A DNA stretch of 64,000 nucleotides. Origin: Eledone cirrhosa. Taxonomy: Eukaryota. Numbering within the stretch: position 1 is the first letter of the stretch; each line of letters opens with the position of its first letter. The notes beneath the pieces were generated by a model that made no database searches, was not told the origin of the DNA, and saw only the letters and a list, made by a program, of their open reading frames with translations. The translations under genes were made by a program, and so were the position numbers. The stretch lies in the NCBI GenBank assembly GCA_964016885.1, contig OZ024741.1, positions 328,166,001 to 328,230,000 on the forward strand. The letters run 5' to 3'. Shown here piece by piece: positions 26,590 to 40,838 of this stretch.

Positions 26590-28401
26590 TTGGATAGAGT
26601 CATCCCACAAATAAGAAAACACGTTATTTTACCACTCTGGGAAAACACCTCCCAGGTAATTAACTGGTTTAAAAATATTAGATGTAAATCTTCTGCTTCA
26701 TTTCTACAATTTGATATAGATAATTACTATTCTTCTATATCACCTATACTCCTGAACAAAGCATTGATATTTGCTAAAAATAGATCTAACTTAACTTTGG
26801 ATGACATTAATATTATTACACATGCTAGACTAACACTTATTGAATTTCAGAATGAATACTGGACCAGAAACACATATAGTAATCTATTTGATATTACTAT
26901 GGGTTCAAGCGATTCCGCCCAAATTACTGATCTTGTGGGCCTCTTTCTCCTTTTCAACATAAATGCCTCCTTTCCCCACCTTAAAGGTGGTTTATATCGT
27001 GATGACTGTCTTCTTCTTTCCAACAACCTTAGCCTTTCAGAAATAGAAAAAAACAAAAAGCATATTAGAACTTTCCTTAAAGACTATTATAATCTTCATA
27101 TTACTTTTGAAAAAACAAGTAAAGTAGTAAATTTCCTAGATATAACTTTAGATTTAGCTACGGGTATCTACCAACCTTACCATAAACCAAACCAAAACTT
27201 ACATTACATACACTCACAATCTAATCACCCTAAATCTATCCTTAAAAACCTTGCATATAATATATCACTTAGAATTTCTAACCTTTCTTCTAACCAAGAT
27301 GTATTTGATAAAAATGCGACCTTCTATAACGAAGCTCTAGATAGAAGTGGCCACAAAAATAGATTAGAATATATACCTTCTACTAAAAATACTAAAAACA
27401 TACAACCTAATATTACCAACAAACACCAAATGAAAAGTACACACCTAAATGCCACCCACACTATACCCCAAAATACCAAATCTTCTAATATAAAATATAG
27501 TAACTCTCAAAAAACTACTCATCATACAACTCTAATAAATATTAATAATAAAACTCCTAATAAAAAAGATAAAACACCTAAATCTACAAATATAACTAAA
27601 AATGGTTGTGGTGAGATCATTAACATTAATCCTCCTAGTAAACATCACGATACAACCTATAAAAATAATAAAAATAATAAACAACATAGAAACCGTAATA
27701 GACGGGTTACTTGGTATAATGCTCCATTTAATTTACAAATTAAGGATAATATTGCTAAAAAATTTGTTTATATCCTAGAGAAAAACTTCCCGCCAAACCA
27801 CAAATACCATCAAATCTTAAATAGGTCTACAGTTAAATTCTCATACTCAACAACAAATAACATAAAACAAAATATAAGTGCCTATAATGCATATAAATGT
27901 AAGAAAACCATAAGTATACCACCAATACATCAAACTAACCATAATATCTCCTCAAATACAGAATTAACGAAAGGTTGTAACTGTAGAAACAAAGCAAACT
28001 GCCCATTAAAAGGGAATTGTCTTGTTAACAACATAGTCTATAAATGTAATGTTAAAACTAAAGATTCTATTTGCTCATATATAGGAGCTACTTCTAACAA
28101 TTTTAAGACAAGGTTTAATACCCACAAGCATAGTTTTAAAAATGCCGCACTGGCTAATACAACATCTCTAGTAGAAAAAATCAATAGTTATAAAAATAAG
28201 AATATAGAATATGATTTGACCTGGAGTGTGCTCAAAAGAGCCACCCCTTATCAAAATAATAGAAATGAATGTAGATTATGTTCCCAAGAACTATTTGAAA
28301 TAATGAAATCTAAGGATATCCTATTAAATAAACGACAGGAATTAATTATATCGTGTAATCATAAACTAAAAAAAACATTTAAATATTATAAACCTAATTA
28401 A
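26590..28401 (+). CDS. PLE reverse transcriptase plus GIY-YIG endonuclease (frame is open from ~26482; N-terminus missing)
   Basis: LKDHK...RLICPSK upstream; FDIDNYYSSI, MGSSDSAQITDL, GLYRDD, NFLDITL, SNHP; CNCRNKANCPLKGNCL; IVY...YIG...FKTRFNTH; CRLC...E...LNKRQEL. Confidence 0.93.
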   Translation: MDRVIPQIRKHVILPLWENTSQVINWFKNIRCKSSASFLQFDIDNYYSSISPILLNKALIFAKNRSNLTLDDINIITHARLTLIEFQNEYWTRNTYSNLFDITMGSSDSAQITDLVGLFLLFNINASFPHLKGGLYRDDCLLLSNNLSLSEIEKNKKHIRTFLKDYYNLHITFEKTSKVVNFLDITLDLATGIYQPYHKPNQNLHYIHSQSNHPKSILKNLAYNISLRISNLSSNQDVFDKNATFYNEALDRSGHKNRLEYIPSTKNTKNIQPNITNKHQMKSTHLNATHTIPQNTKSSNIKYSNSQKTTHHTTLININNKTPNKKDKTPKSTNITKNGCGEIININPPSKHHDTTYKNNKNNKQHRNRNRRVTWYNAPFNLQIKDNIAKKFVYILEKNFPPNHKYHQILNRSTVKFSYSTTNNIKQNISAYNAYKCKKTISIPPIHQTNHNISSNTELTKGCNCRNKANCPLKGNCLVNNIVYKCNVKTKDSICSYIGATSNNFKTRFNTHKHSFKNAALANTTSLVEKINSYKNKNIEYDLTWSVLKRATPYQNNRNECRLCSQELFEIMKSKDILLNKRQELIISCNHKLKKTFKYYKPN

Positions 28402-29600
28402 TAACATTATTTTAGAAATTAATATATAATTTAATTTAAATGTTAGTTAACCTATAAATTTAATTTAATTAAAATTCTACTACAGATGAGAATATAAAAT
28501 ATTGTGTAATCATAAATTGTGAAAAATCTTTAAATATTACTAATATATACTTAGTAATTTAATTTATAGATTAATTTTGATTTATTTAACCCTTTATTAA
28601 AATTCCTTTACAGATAAAATATAACAAAATATCGTGTATTCAATGACAGAGAAATAATTTTTAGTATTATAGACCTAATTAATATACATTTTAGAAATAT
28701 ATTTATAATTTGGTTTTAAATTTAGTCAACCTAAAAATTTTAATTTAATTGGCTTAAAATTAGTATCCTAATACAGACGGATTGCAGAGTGTCATGTAAT
28801 CATAGAATGGGATGTGTTTTGGATGTATACCTAGTTAATATATTCTTTGCAATTTTTGAAAAAACATGTATATATATGTATATATATATATGTATGTGTA
28901 TGTATGTATATATATGTGTATATATATATATGTATGTATATGTATATGTATATGTATTAATTTTGATTTCTGTTTACATATAATTATATTCTGCTATTGA
29001 TAAAATACAATATCTGTTTTATTTATTATATACCTAATTAACATATACTATAGAAATTAATATATAATTTTTAATTTAGTTAACCTATAATTTATATTCT
29101 ACTACCGATGTAATACTTTATTTGTTTTTTCCCTATTACTAAATTCATTTCCTAATATTGATACCATAACGTTAATAATTTTAATTTAGTTATACTATAA
29201 TTAATACTCTACTACTATTTAACTTCAAAATTCTGCTTCAAATATTATAAACCTAAGTAATTTACACCTTAGAAATCAATATATTAACTATCTTTAGTTT
29301 AGTTAACCTATAATTAATGGTATACTTATATTGAAATGCATAATTTTGCCTTCTTTCTTGCATTTCCTAATACTGAAACTATGTAAACACATATTGAGAT
29401 CCAAATACAGATTAATATTCTATGTTTCTTGAAACATATATTTACTATAATCCCCTTCTCCCCCCCTTCCCCCTACTATTATTATCTGTATTTGTAAGCG
29501 TGTATGTATGAATATATATGTAGGTAGGTGTATATATGTTTGGGTGTTTATATCTAAGTATAAAAATACATATAAGCGCATGCAAATAAGGATGTATGAT

Positions 29601-29646
<46 letters not shown>

Positions 29647-29648
29647 TG

Positions 29649-29706
<58 letters not shown>

Positions 29707-30665
29707 TGTGTGTGCGTGTATGTATGTGTATATATATGTGTGTATGTATGTGTGTGTATATATGTGTATGTATATGTATGTCTCTCTATATATATGTGTA
29801 TCTTCGTATCTATGTGGGTATATGTGTGTATGTACATGTATGCACATGTATATGTTTATGTGTATATGTGTGTATGTGTATATGTGTACGTATGCGCGCA
29901 TATATATGTGAGTGCGTGTGTGTGTGTATATATATGTATGTCTGTATATATATATTTGTATATGTATATATATATATTATTTATTATTATAATATAATTT
30001 ATGTGTATATATGTATATATGTGAAGATGTGTGTATATATATATATATATATAAGTATATATGTGTATGTGTGTCTTTGTGTGTGTGTATATATATGTAT
30101 ATATGTGTGTATGTATGTGTTTGTATGTGTGTTTATGGTTGTATGTGTGTGTGGGTATATATATATATGTATGTATATATATATATATATGTGTATATGT
30201 ATCTCTATTTATGTGTGTATATATGTATATGTATATACCTTTTTCTTTGTATGTCTGAGTTGTGTGAGAGTGTAGTGGTGTTTGTATGTATATACGCATA
30301 TATGGATGCGTATGTATTTGTATATATGCGTATATGTAAGTGCGTATGTGTGTGTGAATATATATCTATGTCTATGTATGAGTATGTATGTGTGTGTATG
30401 TATGTGTGCGTGTATGTACGTATGTGTGTATGTGTGTATATATATGTGTGTATATATATGTATGTATGTGTATGTATGTATGTATATGTGTATGTATATG
30501 TATATATATATGTATATATATATATATATATATATTTATTATATATGTATGTGTGTGTATGTGTGTATATATATCTTTATATATGTGTATGTGTATGTAT
30601 GTGTAGGTGTATGTGTGTGACTATATATGTATGTGTGTATATGTGTATGTATGTATGTGTATGTG

Positions 30666-30730
<65 letters not shown>

Positions 30731-31139
30731 GTATGTGTATATGTATCTCTATTTATATGTGTATATGTGTATATGTATATACCTTTTTCTTTGTATGTCT
30801 GAGTTGTGTGAGAGTGTAGTGGTGTTTGTATGTATATACGCATATATGGATGCGTATGTATTTGTATATATGCGTATATGTAAGTGCGTATGTGTGTGTG
30901 AATATATATCTATGTCTATGTATGAGTATGTATGTGTGTGTATGTATGTGTGTATGTATGTATGTATGTGTGTATGTGTGTATGTATATGTGTGTATATA
31001 TATGTATGTATGTGTATGTATGTATGTATATATGTATGTATATGTATATATATGTGTGTATATATATATATATATATGTTTATTATATATGTGTGTGTGT
31101 GTATGTATATATATCTTTATATATGTGTATGTGTATGTA

Positions 31140-31170
<31 letters not shown>

Positions 31171-31456
31171 ATATATTTATGTATATATATATATTTATAT
31201 GTGGGTATGTATGTGTATGTGTGTATATATATGAGTGTATTTTTATATTTATATATATATGTATGTAGATGTGACTGTATATATATATGTATATATATGT
31301 ATATATGTATATATATATATATATATGTATGTATATGTATATGTATGTATATGTATATGTGTGTATATGTATGAGTGTGTGTATATATATACGAGTGTTG
31401 TGAGTGTATATATATGTATATATATTCGTGTGTATATGTATATGTGTATGTATATG

Positions 31457-31493
<37 letters not shown>

Positions 31494-31552
31494 GTGTGTA
31501 TATGTATATGTATATATATGTATGTATGCGTGTATGTGTATATGTGTGTAAA

Positions 31553-31601
<49 letters not shown>

Positions 31602-32019
31602 TATGTGTTTATGTATGTATGTGTCTATGTATTTATATGTGTATATGTATGTGTCTCTATATGTATGCGTCTGTGTATGTGTATGTGTATTTATATGGTA
31701 TGTGTATGTATATGTATATGTATGTGTTTATATATATGTGTATGTATATGTATGTATATGTATGTGTGTGTATGCGTGTGTATTTATTTATATGTCTATA
31801 TGTATGTATATCGATGTATACTTTATATTTTGCTTGTTTGTATATATATATATGTGTGTGTATGTATATGTGCGTGTATATATATATATATGTGTGTGTA
31901 TATATGTGTGTGTATATATGTGTATATATGTGTGTGTATATATATATGTATGTGTGTATATATGTGTATATATATATGTATATGTTTATATATGTGTGTG
32001 TGTGTGTGTTGTATGTGTA

Positions 32020-32087
<68 letters not shown>

Positions 32088-32690
32088 CTTGATATATTTC
32101 TTTTTTCTTTTTTCTTTTTCTTTTCTTTTTACTTCTAAGTTTATAGATACATCTATAAATAAGCAGTCTACCGAAACCGTTGAATACTGACCTCTCCCCC
32201 CCTCCCACCTAATTTCTGTATCTTGATCTAAATGTGTGTGGCAGTGTTTATTTGCGTGCATTAGTGTCCATATGCTTATGATAATACTATATGCACATAT
32301 ATATGTGTGTGGGGGTGTGTGTGTGTATGTATGTTCGTATTTATGTGTATGTTTATGCATATACGCGCGTGTGTGTGTGAGTGTACGAATGTGTGTGAGT
32401 ATGTGAATGTGTGTATACATTTATTTCATATTTATGTGTCTATACGCATTTTATCTGTGGATTATAAACTTACAGAGACATTAGCCTTGAATTTTTGTAT
32501 TTGCATACATCTTTTTGGCATGCGTATGCATGTGAGCATATATCCTTATATAAATATGTGTACGAAGTTAATTACATGTATATACACACACCAAACTGCA
32601 TAAAATTTTTTGTATTTTCATTGGTCAATTTGAACTCTGTTCCCAAACGGACCTGAAATTTTGAATTGTTGTTATTATCAATAAATATAT

Positions 32691-32845
32691 TTCATTATTT
32701 CTGAAGACGGCATATATGTGTGTTTGGTATGTATATTTAATCTTGATAGTTTGTATAATTTTGTATAATTTTGTACATAGATCTGTTGAATATGCATGCC
32801 AATTCTAACACATATATATCCTAGAAACGATCGTTAAATAATGAA
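32691..32845 (+). ncRNA. Type I hammerhead ribozyme with long stem II (paralog of 4086)
   Basis: ttcattattt-CTGAAGA...GAAA-cgatcg-TT-aaataatgaa. Confidence 0.8.
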
Positions 32846-33329
32846 CTTTTTTTGTTTAATATAAGGAACTGTTTCATTGTTTTATTCATTATTTTTTTAA
32901 TATTTTATCTTGACTCTGTATTCCGTTTATCTTTCACCGAAAGTGATTTTTCATTGCATCTCTTCTTTCCATGATATCCGGACTACATTGAGTTCTTCAT
33001 ACGGATTGGACACTACCGTAAACTCTTGGTAGATTTATCTACATATATATATACATATATATATTGTTATACTTGGGGAGGGTCATATTTGTGTAATATT
33101 GCCAGAATTAATAACAGAACACACTCATTGTTTGATTGGTTTTCGCTTTTCGCTTCTGTGTCTTTTATAACAATATTTGTTTCGACAGACGATTTCATAT
33201 GAAAAACCTCGCAAAACTAATTCATCGCCGTTATATATATAGATATATATATATATAGTAATAATAATAAATTTGAAGACTAAAATCGAAAGAGGGCTCG
33301 ATAAGGATAAATATATATCAAATATATAA

Positions 33330-34680
33330 GAACCGTATAGAAAGCCGAATGATACGCTTAATTACATAAGTAAGCATTCCACCATCCTGCCAGCATAACC
33401 AAGAACCTGGTAAGAAACGTTTCGTTGAGACTTTTCCGTCTTTCCACCAACGAGCGTATTTTCAACGACCATTCCACTTATTAAAATGAAGCTCTTGCTC
33501 GAAGTGGATGTCGATAAGGTAGCATATACAGAGTAGGAAAATAGACCTAGAAGAAATAGATCCCGTCGCATTTGTTGGTATAACCCAGCATATAATATGG
33601 AGGTGGCCACACCATTAGCTAAGATCTTTCTTTCCCTTATTACGAAGCATTTTCCCCCTACACATAAGTATAGTAACATTTTTAATAGAAATACTATTAA
33701 AATTGCTTACTCTACGGCTCCTAACCTTGCACATAACATCAGAGCTTCAAATTTAGCTAAACTACCTGGCCGTAGGAACACGTGCAACCCTGTAGTTTGT
33801 ACTAACTGTAATTGTAGGAATCGGGTTGTTTGACCCCTATCCGGGAAATGCCTCTCTAGTAACATTGTCTACAAATGTACGGTTGTAACACCCACGTCCC
33901 GTAGGGCCTACATAGGGTTAACCGCCAATAGATTCAAGCAGCGTCTTTACATGCATAGCCATTCTTTTCGTTACCCTCTAAGAAGGAATATGACGTCACT
34001 TTCAGCTTATATCTGGAGTCTAAAAGACAACCACACCCAATATAAGTTACACTGGGAGATCCTAGCTAGGGCTAGATCGTATAACGGAAATAAAAGACCA
34101 TGTGACCTCTGCGCCGCTGAGGCCCTGGAAATACTCTACGCCACAGACCACATCTTAAACAAAAATCTGAAGCAATTTCGGCTTGTAAACATAAATTGCA
34201 CAAAACTTTCCTGTATTACAGCCCACGTTATACCCTAACCGATAGTACGATTTATACGTGGATATTTTACGTCTTGATGTGGGAGCTAAGTATGTTTTGT
34301 TTATACCATTACTTATTTGCATAGGTAAGTATATTTTACCCGTATGTTTTGTGAAGGTACGTATACCTTCTCGTACGTATATTTGATTGTTTATGTAATG
34401 GCATATAATTTTATATAATCTGGTACATATGGTTTGGCTATGTGTATACGGGAGTTTTGCGTCTGTGTAAGTATGCAGGTTCGTACGTATGTAGGGTGTG
34501 TGTATATGTGTACTTCATGTTTTGGTTGACTTACGTCTCCGAACATTCGTGTATCTACATGTAGGTATGTGTGTGCGCTGGTTATATACGTATTTATTTA
34601 TTTATATACGTTTATATAATTATTTATTTATTTGTATACACGCATACACACACACACATATTTATATGTGCGTGGTTTTG
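33330..34680 (+). mobile_element. Decayed Naiad-like PLE fragment (RT thumb, GIY-YIG, part of tail)
   Basis: PYRKPND, NEALARSG, WYNP, FPPTHKYSNIFNRNTIK, CNCRNRVV*PLSGKCL, IVYKC...YIG, CDLCAAE; several stops and frameshifts. Confidence 0.85.
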
Positions 34681-34699
34681 GTTGACACTCGTTCTAGAA

Positions 34700-37600
34700 G
34701 TGGTAACACGAAATGATTACCCCTTGACTGATAAGGATAAAACGCGACAAAATACAGTAAATGTCTAATGATAAAATCTCATACCGAATCGGCCGTCAAC
34801 CGAGTAAAAAAGGGCCGCGTCCCTCAGAGAGGAACCAGACTGGGGTCGAAAAATCAGCTAATGGTTCAAACCTTCCCATCACTTCGGAGCTGGAGACCTC
34901 CCATATCCGGAATACTCCTACTGTTGGCCCTCCATGCTCACCACCAAGAAATCTAAAGAAAAAGAGAGAAAACTGGTCAAGGGAAGATAATAAAGAAGTC
35001 CTTGAGGCTTTCTACACTGCCATGTACTACCCATCAAATACATCGAATACAGAACAGACATATATCAACTGGAAAAAGAAACATCCCGAAAACAGAGGCT
35101 ATATTGACAGTAACAAACTAGCCAATATACGAAGAAATATTGTAAAAAAAAAGTTAGTAACTGATTTAGAAATTGATCAGATCAAGCTATTAGCACAAAG
35201 TCATAGAAGGGAAAATGAAACATGTGTCAGTGAAAACGAGGTAAATTGTAACACTTCGAATCCCAGGTTTGGGGCGGTATCACTGACAACAGAACAAATT
35301 AAAGAAAGGATAAAAAAAGTGGAGGGAGTGCATGCTCAAGATGAAACTCCAAATGAAAACAATGAGATCGTAAATGATAAAGAAATGAATGAGAATGAAC
35401 TTGCCAACTTGAAGGATGAAATTATGATCGAATGGATGAAAATAAAAGAATCTGACATGGGGGAACGAGACACCCTCCTAAGATCCAGAACTCCAAACAG
35501 AACCAAAAGATAATATACAAGACTAACATAATTCTCAAAAACATTGTCATCACAAACAAACTAAACATTACTGATTTAAATCATCTCTATTATGCATCGG
35601 CTATAGTCACCACTCACTTATGTGGAGTGAAGATGAAAAAACAAAGGAATTCCCACAAGAAATCTACTTGGCAAGAGAACATCAATCGCCAAATAAACCT
35701 TCTCCGACCTGACATAGAAATTTTAAAAAACTATAAAGTAGGTGAACATGTTAAACAAACTAAACTTAGAAAATTGAAAAGAAAGTACAGTATAAAACCA
35801 ACAAGTGACATAGGCATGCTGATAGAAATAATCAAGCAAAAAGTGTCGGCCAAAACTGCTCGTATAAGGCGCTTTGAAAAACGATCTAGATTCTATAAGG
35901 ACAATAATATGTTCAAAACCGAACGAAGAAACTTGTACTGAAAAATTGGTAAGTCAACAATAACTGCTAAATCAATACCATCCAAGGAGGAAGTGCAAGA
36001 ATTCTGGGAAAAGATCTGGGCCGAAGAAAAAGTTCATAATATACATGCCCCATGGATAGACAGACAAATGAAAGATACAGCTCACCCTGAGGAACAAATA
36101 TAGGAAAATATAACAGTTGAACAGTTGCGTTTGGCTCTAAGAAAAACCAGCAAATGGAAATCCCCAGGAAAAGACAAAATACAAATTTTTTGGATAAATG
36201 CCTTCACAGAGTCTCATGAGCTGTTACCCCAACTTTACAATGAAATAGTTAAAGAGCCAGAAAATATTCCATCATGGCTAGTTAACGGCATTACATTCCT
36301 GCTTCCGAAGAATGATGAGACAAACAATCCCCAAAATTACAGACCGATAACTTGCTTGACCACAATGTATAACATTTTAACATCAGTCCTAACTGAATAT
36401 ACATATGACCACCTGATAACAAATGACCTATTTCCCATTGAGAAGAAGGGTGTAAACGAAACTCATATGGCTGTAAGGATCAGCTTTTGGTTAACAAAAT
36501 GATACTGGAAGATTGTCATAATAGACACAAAAATATATCAATTGCTTGGATAGATTATAAAAAAGCATTCGATAGTTTGCCACACAATTGGATTGAAAAA
36601 TGTTTAGAGATTTTCAAAATATCCCCCGTTGTCAGGAGGTTTTTGTCATTCAGTATGAAGACATGGAAAACGACACTCCTTTTGAATAGTGAAACAAAAT
36701 CAATGGAAGCTGGAGAAGTTAATATTAATTGTGGAATTTTTCAGGGTGACTCTTTATCACCGCTTTTATTCTGCATCGCACTTATACCATTAAGTAAAAG
36801 GCTCAATGAAACAAAACATGGATATAAAGTCTATGACAAAACTATTAGTCACTTGTTCTACATGTATGACCTGAAACTATTTGCAAAAAATGATGAGCAA
36901 TTGCAAGGGCTATTATCCACTGTGGAGCAGTTCAGTAATGACATTAAAATGGAGTTTGGACTAGATAAAAGCGCCAAAGCAACGTTCACCAGAGGAAAGC
37001 TGCTGAAAAGTTCAGACATTGATCTTGATCGAGGGAATGTGATAAGAGAACTTGACCAAGAGGAAACTTACAAATATCTAGGTGTTTATGAAGGAAGGGA
37101 ATCAAGCACTCGACAATGAGGGAAAGGATAAGGAAGGAATGTTACCGCAGAGTAAGAGCAATCTTAAGAACGGAATTGAATGCAAGGAATAGGATCGATG
37201 CCATAAACACGCTTGCCATACCAGTAGTAACCTACAGTTACAATGTCATCAACTGGTCAAGCACAGAGATCCGTGGGCTTGATACAAAAATTCGAAAATT
37301 CTTAACCATGCACATAATGCATCACCCTAAGGCAGATACAGATAGAATATATCCCCCTAGCAAAGAAGGAGGACGTGGGTTAATTCAGTTAGACATTGCG
37401 TTGAAAACTGCAACAATTGGATTATCTACATATCTCAGGGAATCACATGATTGGATGATCAAACTCGTTTTGAAACACGAAAGCATCAAAAGATCATACT
37501 CCATTACAAAAGATGCACAAAGATACAGTAATGGACTACACATTTCAGAAGTCCCATGTACTGCTGAAATGGAAAACACAGAAAAAGCAAAGCAGGTAAA

Positions 37601-38551
37601 AGTAACTGCAAAGAAAGAACTGCTACAGAAACTGGCTAAGAAATGGCAAGAAAAGCCTCTGTATGGAAAATACCCAGAGCGAGCTAACAATCCTGATGTT
37701 GACAAAACTTTAACCCATCAGTGGTTGGCATCCTCTGGACTGAAATCGGAGACTGAAGGACTGATTATATCAGCACACGATCAGTGTCTGCCAACAAAAA
37801 ATTACCAAGCCAACATAATAAGAAATGGATGCAGCCCATTATGACGTGTATGTAAAAAACAACCAGAGACCATTGACCATATAATTTCAATGTGCAGTCC
37901 TATAGCTCCAACCGAATACCTAAACAGGCATGACAGTGCTGCACAATACATACATTGGATAATGTGTAAGCATTTTGACCTGCCCCATCAAAAGAATTGG
38001 TGGAAGCATCAACCACCTCCCATACTTGAAGAAGATCACATCTCAATCTTGTGGAACTTTAGCATCCAAACAGACCGAAAAATAGATGCAAATAGACCTG
38101 ATATAATATTGAAGGACTTTAAAAAGAGTGTATGCCTGCTAATTGATATGTCCGTTCCAATAGACAAGAATGTATCTATAAAAACATTTGAAAAATTGAG
38201 CAAGTATAAGGACCTGGGGATAGAAATTGGAAAAATCTGGAAATTGAGAACTAAAACAATACCAGTGGTTGTAGGCGCTCTAGGAATGATACCTAAGGGG
38301 TCTAATGATTACTTATCGCAAATCCCAGGAAACCCGCGTATAGGAGAAATACAAAAGATAGTACTAATGGAAACTGCCCATATACGAAGGAAGATTCTGT
38401 CAATATAAGTACATTACAAGTCTAAACACTAAAGATGCATGTGTGAGTATGTATGTTCTTTCTTGAACATGGCGGACCTTGTTGTCTCTTCAGGTCACTG
38501 GTTGTGACTTGGTGATAACTCGTATGAACATAAAGCAAGATAAATGCAGCT

Positions 38552-38582
<31 letters not shown>
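34700..38582 (+). mobile_element. Near full-length decayed R4/Dong-type non-LTR element (family B)
   Basis: One long ORF broken into pieces 34761..38408: N-terminal KRENWSREDN, RT (WIDYKKAFDS, GIFQGDSLSP, YMYD in place of YMDD), CCHC, REL endonuclease. (TAA)n tail. 5' boundary approximate. Confidence 0.9.
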
Positions 38583-38584
<2 letters not shown>

Positions 38585-38972
38585 CAAACGCGTTTTGAAA
38601 CACGAAAGCATCAAAAGATCATACTCCATTACAAGAGATGCACAACGATAAACAGTAATGGACTACAAATTTCAGAAGTTCCATTTACTGCTGAAATGAA
38701 AAACACAGAAAAAGGAAGGCAAGTAAAAGTAACTGCAAAAAAAGAACTGCTACAGAAACTGGCTAAGAAATGGCAAGAAAATCCTCTGCATGGTACATAC
38801 CCAGAAAGAGCTAACAATCCTGATGTTGACAAAATATTAACCCATCAGTGGTTGGCATCCTCTGGACTGAAATCGGAGACTTAAGGACTAATTATATCAG
38901 CACAAATCAGTGTCTGCCAACAAAAAATTACCAAGCCAACATAATAAAAATGAATGCAACTCATTATGCCGT
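38583..38972 (+). mobile_element. More diverged internal fragment of R4/Dong family B
   Basis: Matches ~37458-37850; directly follows the (TAA)n tail. Confidence 0.85.
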
Positions 38973-40068
38973 GTATGTGTGTCTGTGTGTGTTAGCTGCA
39001 GTCACTGTAATAGCGTTAAACGCCTATGAAAGCAAGTTGTATACGAGAAACTTACTTCTCTCTCTAACAGATCTGCCAGTAGAAGTCGAGAAGGCCGGAC
39101 AGGGCTGCTTCAGGATTCGTTAACCTCTCATCATGACATTCACTCAACCGTTACTGCCAAGGAAATAAATTACAGTCTCTATATAATGTGCCTGTGGAAC
39201 AATTGCTGGATGTTCTCATTTACATTTAACGAATAGGAAACATCGACAGGAAATGCTCATTTTCATATAGTGAGAACATGGATGGTTATAATTTCTTTGC
39301 AGTAACACTAAGACAATTGTCAGATAGTAAATGAAGGCACATACAATATATGTCTATACTGTAAACACATGGGAGCCTCGCCATAAATGGAAGTTTTTGT
39401 TTTCGTAAGTGAACAAATATTTTTCTTACTTTTTTCTGTGAATATGTCACAACTATCCCAGTATTAGTCTAGAATTCCAGACAGCGTTGTTTCATGTTTA
39501 GTAGTTTAGTTAATTTTTCATCAGTGAAATTAATTCAGACAGTACTTACATGGAAATAGACTAAAGTGTATATAGATTTTATCATTACCGCTTGAATGAA
39601 TCTCACGAATCTTGTAAAAAAGCTGCCTGGCATTCCGGATTGCTATACTGGCTTAACTGTGTCGCGTTCACAGAGAAAAAGGGAGCATCATGTTCTTATA
39701 TACTTTCATATACTACTCTATTATATATATATATATAGGAAAATCTGTTTCGTAGAATCCAGACGTATCCGAGGACCACGCGATTTCAGAGTCATGTTTG
39801 ATCACCACATCGATCGTGCCTCGAGCTGGTCGCTAGAGAAACAATTGTAATATGTCCATTAACTTCCTTTCGTCGCAACACTGATTCTCTTTTCTGTGTG
39901 ATATATATATATTTATATATATACATATGTATATATGTGTGTGTGTGTGTGTTTGTATATATATATATTCTACCTGGAGTTGCGACCGATAGATAGTACT
40001 AGCAACTGGAAAGACCAACGGAAACATTGTTTCCTCGGTCCGATTTGACGAAAGTCGATCGATTAAAA

Positions 40069-40112
<44 letters not shown>

Positions 40113-40364
40113 TTATATGTAAACTGCGAGCTTCTGCAGTATCTCTATACAGATTATTGCTCCCAAGTCATTGATAAACCCGCATGCATAATAATACAAT
40201 TTCCCATGGTTCCATGGAGTGGGACAGAACCCGAATGGCACATCCACAAACATACACGGATATATATTTCTAAATATTCTTACTAGTTCTCTGTCCATGG
40301 ACAGATATGTTACTATTTCATTATTTCCTTGTAAATCTAAATGGATTTTACCGAGTATTATATA

Positions 40365-40540
40365 TGGCAGTATTGGTAGAGGGTCGGACACCATGCTTTC
40401 CAGCATAGTTACGTCCCTTAACGATCTGAGTTCAAATCCCGCCAAGTTTGACTTTGCCTTTCATCCTTACGGGGTCGAGAAAATAAAGTACCAGTAATGC
40501 ACTGGGTAATTGCTGGCCTTGTGCCAAATGTAGAAACATT
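40365..40540 (+). mobile_element. tRNA-derived SINE, family 1
   Basis: gagttcaaatcccgcc (B-box-like)...actttgcctttcatcc...ggggtcga...aagtaccagt...ggccttgtgcc; many copies in this window. Confidence 0.8.
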
Positions 40541-40621
40541 TATATATTTGACAAATCTGTAGCACTTTCTAATATAACGCTCATACTCTACTTTATGTAT
40601 TACATAATTTTATTATTTGTA

Positions 40622-40838
40622 TGGCGGTGGATTCGCACTATCGGTAGAGGGTCGGATGCCATGCTTTGCAGCATAGCGTTGCGGCCCTTTATGATTTGAT
40701 TTCAAATCCCGCCGTGGTTAACTTTGCCTTTCATCGGGGTCGATAAAATGAAGCACCATTCACACACTGGGGTCGATTTAATCGACTTTCCCCTCCCTCA
40801 AATTGTCTGGCCTTGTGCTTATATCAGAAACCATTATT
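40622..40838 (+). mobile_element. SINE family 1
   Basis: Same motifs as 40365. Confidence 0.8.

Larger units (their letters stand above)
26480..33042 (+). mobile_element. Naiad-like Penelope-like element, copy 2 (5'-truncated), flanked by (TA)n
   Basis: Uninterrupted RT-GIY-YIG frame, ~4.4-kb tail and terminal HHR; duplicate of 1-4290. Confidence 0.92.

Noticed and set aside
34705-34745. Permuted HHR at the Dong 5' end (GAAA...CTGATAA)
   Set aside because: No supporting stems.
37842-37844. Cys-to-TGA in the Dong zinc finger as selenocysteine
   Set aside because: The paralog at ~24451 has TGC; ordinary nonsense mutation.
39071-39125. Possible plus-strand exon after ctctctctaacag
   Set aside because: Acceptor only; no convincing donor or recognisable peptide.
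39473-39531. Minus-strand CTGATGA...GAAA...GTC with 7-bp stem I
   Set aside because: The stem II region cannot pair and there is no PLE context; chance match or dead remnant.
40365-40540. tRNA genes at B-box-like motifs
   Set aside because: No cloverleaf; these are SINE heads.
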